From Entomortierella parvispora E1425 (lineage: Eukaryota; Fungi; Mortierellomycota), in the NCBI GenBank assembly GCA_020891255.1, contig BQFW01000005.1:1798001-1862000 (forward strand): a stretch of DNA of 64,000 nt, written 5' to 3'. The position numbers and the translations under genes were made by a program. The notes below the pieces were generated by a model. It made no database searches. It was not told the DNA's origin and saw only the letters and a list, made by a program, of their open reading frames with translations. Shown in pieces: positions 58,915 through 64,000 of the stretch; position 1 is the first letter of the stretch; the number at the start of each line of letters is the position of its first letter.

Positions 58915-61900
58915 CCATCGTATCCGACCACGGTGGCCAACGTCGTTAATAACGTTATAGCGGGCGCTCATATTGGATGTCACGATGACATTGGCACCGA
59001 TAAAGACCCGCAACAATCAAGCCCTGCCTCGTACTCGAATCCAGTTCGAGAACGAGTCGTCGGTCGCGCGGGTCTTTCGAAAATCCACCGCCATCAGCTC
59101 GATCCTGTCTTCGGGTCTACTTGTTGTGGACACGGCGCTGTTCATTTAGTCCACCTCTGTCCTCCTGGATCTTAGCTCGGTGGCACCCCCTTGTAGCGAA
59201 ACGTTGTACCTGCTTTTCAGGAACTCCCAGATATAGTTGGCCTCTTCTTGTGTCTGGGGTTGTCGCCGAATGATCTGCAAAAGGGCAAAGAAAGGTTAGT
59301 CCTTGGCATGACGACACGAAGTGGACAGGGTGAGACGCGTAAAGGAATCGAAGTGGGCCGAACAAAGGATCCACTGGTCATGGTCATCAATATCCATCAT
59401 ATCTCCGAGGGTGGTGGTGTGCCTCGATCGTTGGAAGGGTCCCAGTTAAGCCAGATCGGCGAAGATGACAAAAGAAATGCCTCCAAAGGGTTCCACGACG
59501 GCCTGTTGGATGTCGACATGACCGAGATCCCCAAGACATTGACTGATCTGATCCAGCATCTCTCTCTAGACCATCAAACCCTCATGGACCACAAAAAAGG
59601 GCTTTTCCCCCTAACAGGTGAATACAGGCCTCCTCCACAGAGGACAAGGGGATGGGCCGATCGGGCCCCCGACTGTATTTTTACTTGCGACGATCGGTCT
59701 TGTCCTTGAATAGGATCGACTTTGCATAGTTTTCTCCGTCATAGGGTGGTAAGTCGGTCGCTTTCGGTCCCAAATATTGCTGGTATTGCTCATAAAGCTC
59801 TTCATAGGTCAGGTCGTTGAAAGCCGTACCTACGGGCCGGTTCAGGTACTTGACCCAAAGCCCATCCAGAAAGATGTTGTCAGACTCGTCCTCCTCTACG
59901 GCCAAGTCTGCCACCGTTCTTAACACATTCCTTCGCTGGTCTTTGTCGTGGGTGGGCAAGTACACGACCGAACGACCGAGGTGCGACAGTGATAATCCCA
60001 GCAGATCCATGCATATTTCGGGCATGCACAGACAGACGGTTGTAGTAGAATACTAGATAGGCAAAGAGACACTGGGGTGAATCTCCACCTTTTCAGTTTC
60101 CTTGAGAACATAAAAATAAAAGGAAAAAAAAAAAAAAAAAGGCAAGCACTTACCCGACTTCCCATACTGGTCGCGCAGTCTCTTGTCTGTTTTTGAGGCG
60201 GCTGCTGCTGCAGGTCCACTAGTACTTCTTGAATGACGCCCTCCGAAAGACTGGAGACCTTTGACATGTACTTATGCAGATAATCAATCGACCGAGATCC
60301 CCTGTTCAATTGAATATTGATGTTGGAACGACAGATCGTCAGGACATCGGGGTTGTAGGCATGCACGTACACGTCCTCCTGACCTCGCTCCAAGACCACT
60401 TTTACAGTGTCCTGGTCAAAAACAGTCTTGTCCCAGACAATTATGGGGAATCCAAAGCGACATTTTTTGGGCCGTTTCATGCAGAATAGGGCGTATGGCG
60501 GTGCTCCTGATGTTGAGCGACGAATCCATCCAGGACCAGGTCTCCAGTGTAACAACCTTTGACCGGTCTTCAGAGTTGTTCTGAGCTATCAGCTCATCGA
60601 CAGTTCGCTCGGCCCACAGAACAAAATGCACATGAGGCGCTCCTCTTACTCTATGACCCAGGCATAGTCCTTCACCTTGCAGTTCATCTTGGGAGCCCAT
60701 TTAGAGGGAATGTACAAAAAGACGCGGCGCCATTCCCGATTGTAGGTCACACAGAACAAGGGAACGTCCAACGTGGCCTGTCTCAGTGTATCAAACACCT
60801 CCTTGAGAGCCAAGCTATTAAGTCCACGTACCATGTCAGGAAGATTTGTGACTCTCCCAATGTATCCAAAGGACCCGGAGTTTCCTTCACAGGTTAGTCT
60901 TGTACGCGGGGCTCGTCCTCACATCTGGGGGATTGCCATCGTCCAGGGGCAATACAGAAAGGATGTCAGCTCTTCTGTTTTGATGGTCCGCTCGCCTTTT
61001 TTGTCTCATACAAAAAGTTTGCCAAGGCTCCTTACCCATGCTGAGATCTCCGACTGTTGTGGACTGCCCTTGTCGCCTTGGATGGACGGTCCGTATCCTG
61101 TACCCACAGACTGTATTTCTGATAACCCAGCCCTCTATGCGGTGATTAAAGCGTGCAATGGAGGCAAAAAGTCGATCGACGTGGAGCAACCTGTGCTTTG
61201 AATACACTGTTTTTGAAATGTTGTGTCTTCCAAGGCGCCGTTCATTCTCTTCAGCATCCACGCCCTCATCCACATCAGCATCATGGTCGGCATAGTCGTT
61301 ATGGTCACTGTCGATGAGGATATCCCCGTCTTGCTCTGTACCTAGGTCTAGATCGGCCATGTTTTCTTCTGCTCCAAAGTGAAATAGCTTAAACTCCAGA
61401 ACCTCCTCTGCGTCAGCGTCTACGACCTCTTCCCCTCCTTTAGGTTCCATTGGAAATGTCGTGTGTTGCACCGCTTCTGGAACCTGTCGCAGGGTCGTCT
61501 TGTAACGCCCCGGCTTAAAGTTGATATGTCCATAAGGAAAAAGATCGGGAAGGAGATTGAGCATTAGCGTGAGACTCACGCTCTACAGTTGCACCTCCGC
61601 TGCTCTGGACCTGGATCCATGCCTGCACAAAACACTCCTGGGAAATTTTGATGCCCCGGATGCTCGGTTTGCCCAATCCCAACGTCCACGAGGCCCTCTC
61701 CGAATTGCTCTGGCACGGCTGGTACTGGTGGACAATCCTTCTGCTGAGGATTGTGAACACGGAGCCGGTTCCACGCCATGATGATGCGATCCCGGTTTGC
61801 CAGAGGTATCGTCGGATCGTGGACAAACGAGTCCATGCCTGCACCGGAGTTGAGTGATAACCTTGGCCGGTAGATTGAGGCATGTGCACTGACGCATGGA

Positions 61901-62460
61901 AAAGACAGGGACTGACCACGCACTGAGGGCATCAATGAACTGAAGGTCATGATCACCCAGGTACTGAATATCGTTCCAATAGAGTCCTTTGAGCGCCACT
62001 GGAACGTTTCCTTCAAAGATAAAGTTGCCGTGCCCATCCATCCGTCGTAGATGATTCCGTCAGTTCTCAATGACAAAGATCATCTAATTTAACAAATATA
62101 GACCGTTAGTACACACATGCATACATACACGCGGCCTTGTTAGAATTTTTCTTTTTTTTTTTAAATAAAAAAAACAAAATAAGAAACATACCCATTCAGC
62201 CATTCCAATGATTTTTTGTGGACAGATTCTGGTGAAACTTGCGCGCGGTGAGATTGTTTCTTCTCTATGTCTCCATGCTAGTTCAACTCTGCACTGCAAG
62301 CATGGCCGTGGTACAACGCCAAGATCAAAGGTAGGGTCCAGTTGCAGCGTCTTATGCTTCAATCAGAGGCACTGTCTCTTTCGAAAGAGGATCCGGCAGC
62401 ACACGCAACAGATGCTCCTGCTCGCTCTCCTCATTGTCGTTACCATTGTCGCTAGCATCG
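58915..62460 (-). mobile_element. Decayed Helitron RepHel coding region (stops, frameshifts, deletions); termini not found
   Basis: N-terminal CxxC pairs and NRDRIIMAWNRLRVHNP; LPDLFPYG; Rep HUH motif RGAPHVHFVLW; CRFGFP; YNP..NINIQ..YLHKYMSK; Pif1 motifs PFGG..IFADLA*LGP, RHAKD*PFFALL..IR and GANVIVTSN. Confidence 0.88.
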
Positions 62461-63564
62461 TCCCTGCGGTCCTCTTCTTCCTGAGCGTGCAACAACAAAC
62501 CAGTCGTGGATACTGAGACTTTCTAGGGCCTTCCATAGATAGTGAAATCCAAGACCCTCGAGTAGCTCCATACTAGTGCCATCACTGGTGGGAGCTCTGT
62601 ATGCGCAACAATAGTGGAGTCGGCTGTTAAGTTGACAGCAGCAGCCCCCGAAGCCACTCTAAAGACAACCAACCTACCCCTGGTGCGATGCAAACGACCT
62701 CGAGTCGAAATGATCCTCCTGACCACCTCTATGACTCTGTGACAATCAATCCTGCATGACATGCAACCCTGATACGTCGTCAATGTCGTTGTCGCCGTCG
62801 TTGCTTGCAAGTCCTTTTCGAAATGTGCACAGGCATTGCCTATTGATGAATCGAATAATTAAGACATGAGCAAACCTCCATTGGACCACATCATTGCTCA
62901 TTGGCCGCCTGAGTACCTTCTATTTTGTGTCGTGTTGGTCTCTGAGATAAAGGACGATCAAAGGCAGCAAGGGTAGAGTAGATATGCAAAGACACAGCAA
63001 GAGTAGATATGATACAAGATGCATCCTCACAGAGGACAAGAGAATACGCGGCGCGACATGGCACGTGCACGTAGCACTCCCGACGGAAACTGCTCGGTGA
63101 CGTCAGAGGGACGTCACCCAGAGGGGCTTTCAGCCGGTGCAAAAGAGGGGAGAACAGGGGATATAAAAACAACCCCTAAAAAGCCCTAAATCTCGCCTTC
63201 CACAGCGTGCAAGAAGGAATTAAGGCGTGGATTGTTGGTATCGAGAGAGCGCGGAACGTGCGCTCGACGTTGCAAGTGGTCCAAACCAAGCCTAGATCCA
63301 GATTGGCGGTGCTCACGACAAACGAATTGTGAAACGGTCAAACGATCGCCCCAATCGATCATTGGACGCGTCCGTTTCACGCGCCGTGGCTTCTCTCTCA
63401 TTTGTACTCTTTTCGTCTTTGTGTCCTTCTACAAACCCCTCCAGAAAAAAATCCTCTCCTTTCCTACTCCTCCCTTCGCTTCCTTTCGTCCGCCCTTCCC
63501 CCACCCCCATAGTTCAACCTCCTTCATATACCCAGCTCAAACACAACAAACCCCTATATGCACT

Positions 63565-64000
63565 ATGAACGATAAGTACGAAGAGGGCGATGCCCACGAC
63601 AGATACGATGTCGATGTCTCGGAGCCTCAGCTTGCCAGGGAGCAGGACCCTTTTGCCAGGGAACAGGACCCTCTTGCCAGGGAACAAGAGGGTTACTCTC
63701 CTGCCAAGGAACAAGCGGACTTGAAGCGTGGCCTTCGTCTTCGCCATATGATCATGATTGCTATCTCAGGAACGATCGGTACCGGTCTTTTCTTAACTTC
63801 TGGACAAACCATTGCCATTGCTGGCCCCGGTGGTGCCTGTAAATACAATCCCTCCTCCCTCCCATCACCTTTGCGCATGTTCTAATCTAGTCGTTTTTAA
63901 TATCGTTCATTCGTGAAACTAACTAACCGAACTAATATATGTATATGTTCTCTGTCTGGTAAAAAAAATGATAGTGCTCGCTTACGTGGTTGTTGGTGTT
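63565..64000 (+). CDS. Amino-acid permease (APC/YAT family), 5' part only
   Basis: LKRGLRLRHMIMIAISGTIGTGLFLTSGQTIAIAGPGGA is the first TM signature of yeast-type amino-acid permeases; an intron follows. Confidence 0.9.

Noticed and set aside
63170-63190. Two CCCTAAA telomere-like units
   Set aside because: Only two spaced copies; expected by chance.
1-64000. CRISPR arrays, rRNA, bacterial operons or contamination
   Set aside because: No repeat-spacer arrays or rRNA motifs; bacterial-like genes sit among spliced fungal genes and one has its own intron.

Overview
Intron-rich fungal nuclear DNA; the gene families suggest an early-diverging fungus, probably Mortierellaceae (inference). Housekeeping genes: HRD1, an MGRN1-like RING ligase, RRP15, Kel1/Tea1, HEI10, SRP receptor alpha, a UFD1-domain protein, an aquaglyceroporin and a partial amino-acid permease. 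Accessory genes: an I9 protease inhibitor converging on a frameshifted subtilisin, a tandem YbaY-domain protein, agmatine deiminase and a head-to-head pair of FAD monooxygenases. Three mobile elements are present. (1) A non-autonomous hAT (893-4450; 17-bp TIRs, 8-bp TSD) splits a cell-surface protein gene. (2) A decayed Helitron lies at about 58.9-62.5 kb. (3) An apparently intact, very young Ty3/gypsy element spans 31810-42238 and is the most striking feature. Its LTRs are 2295 bp, and a single stop-free frame starts inside the 5' LTR. That frame encodes about 550 aa of multi-pass membrane plus mucin-like protein, reads through the primer-binding site and continues without a break into Gag-PR-RT-RH-IN, giving a membrane/glycoprotein leader fused N-terminally to Gag-Pol. 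There is also a class II tRNA-like gene with intact Pol III boxes but a non-canonical anticodon loop. All calls are by eye; no database searches were run.
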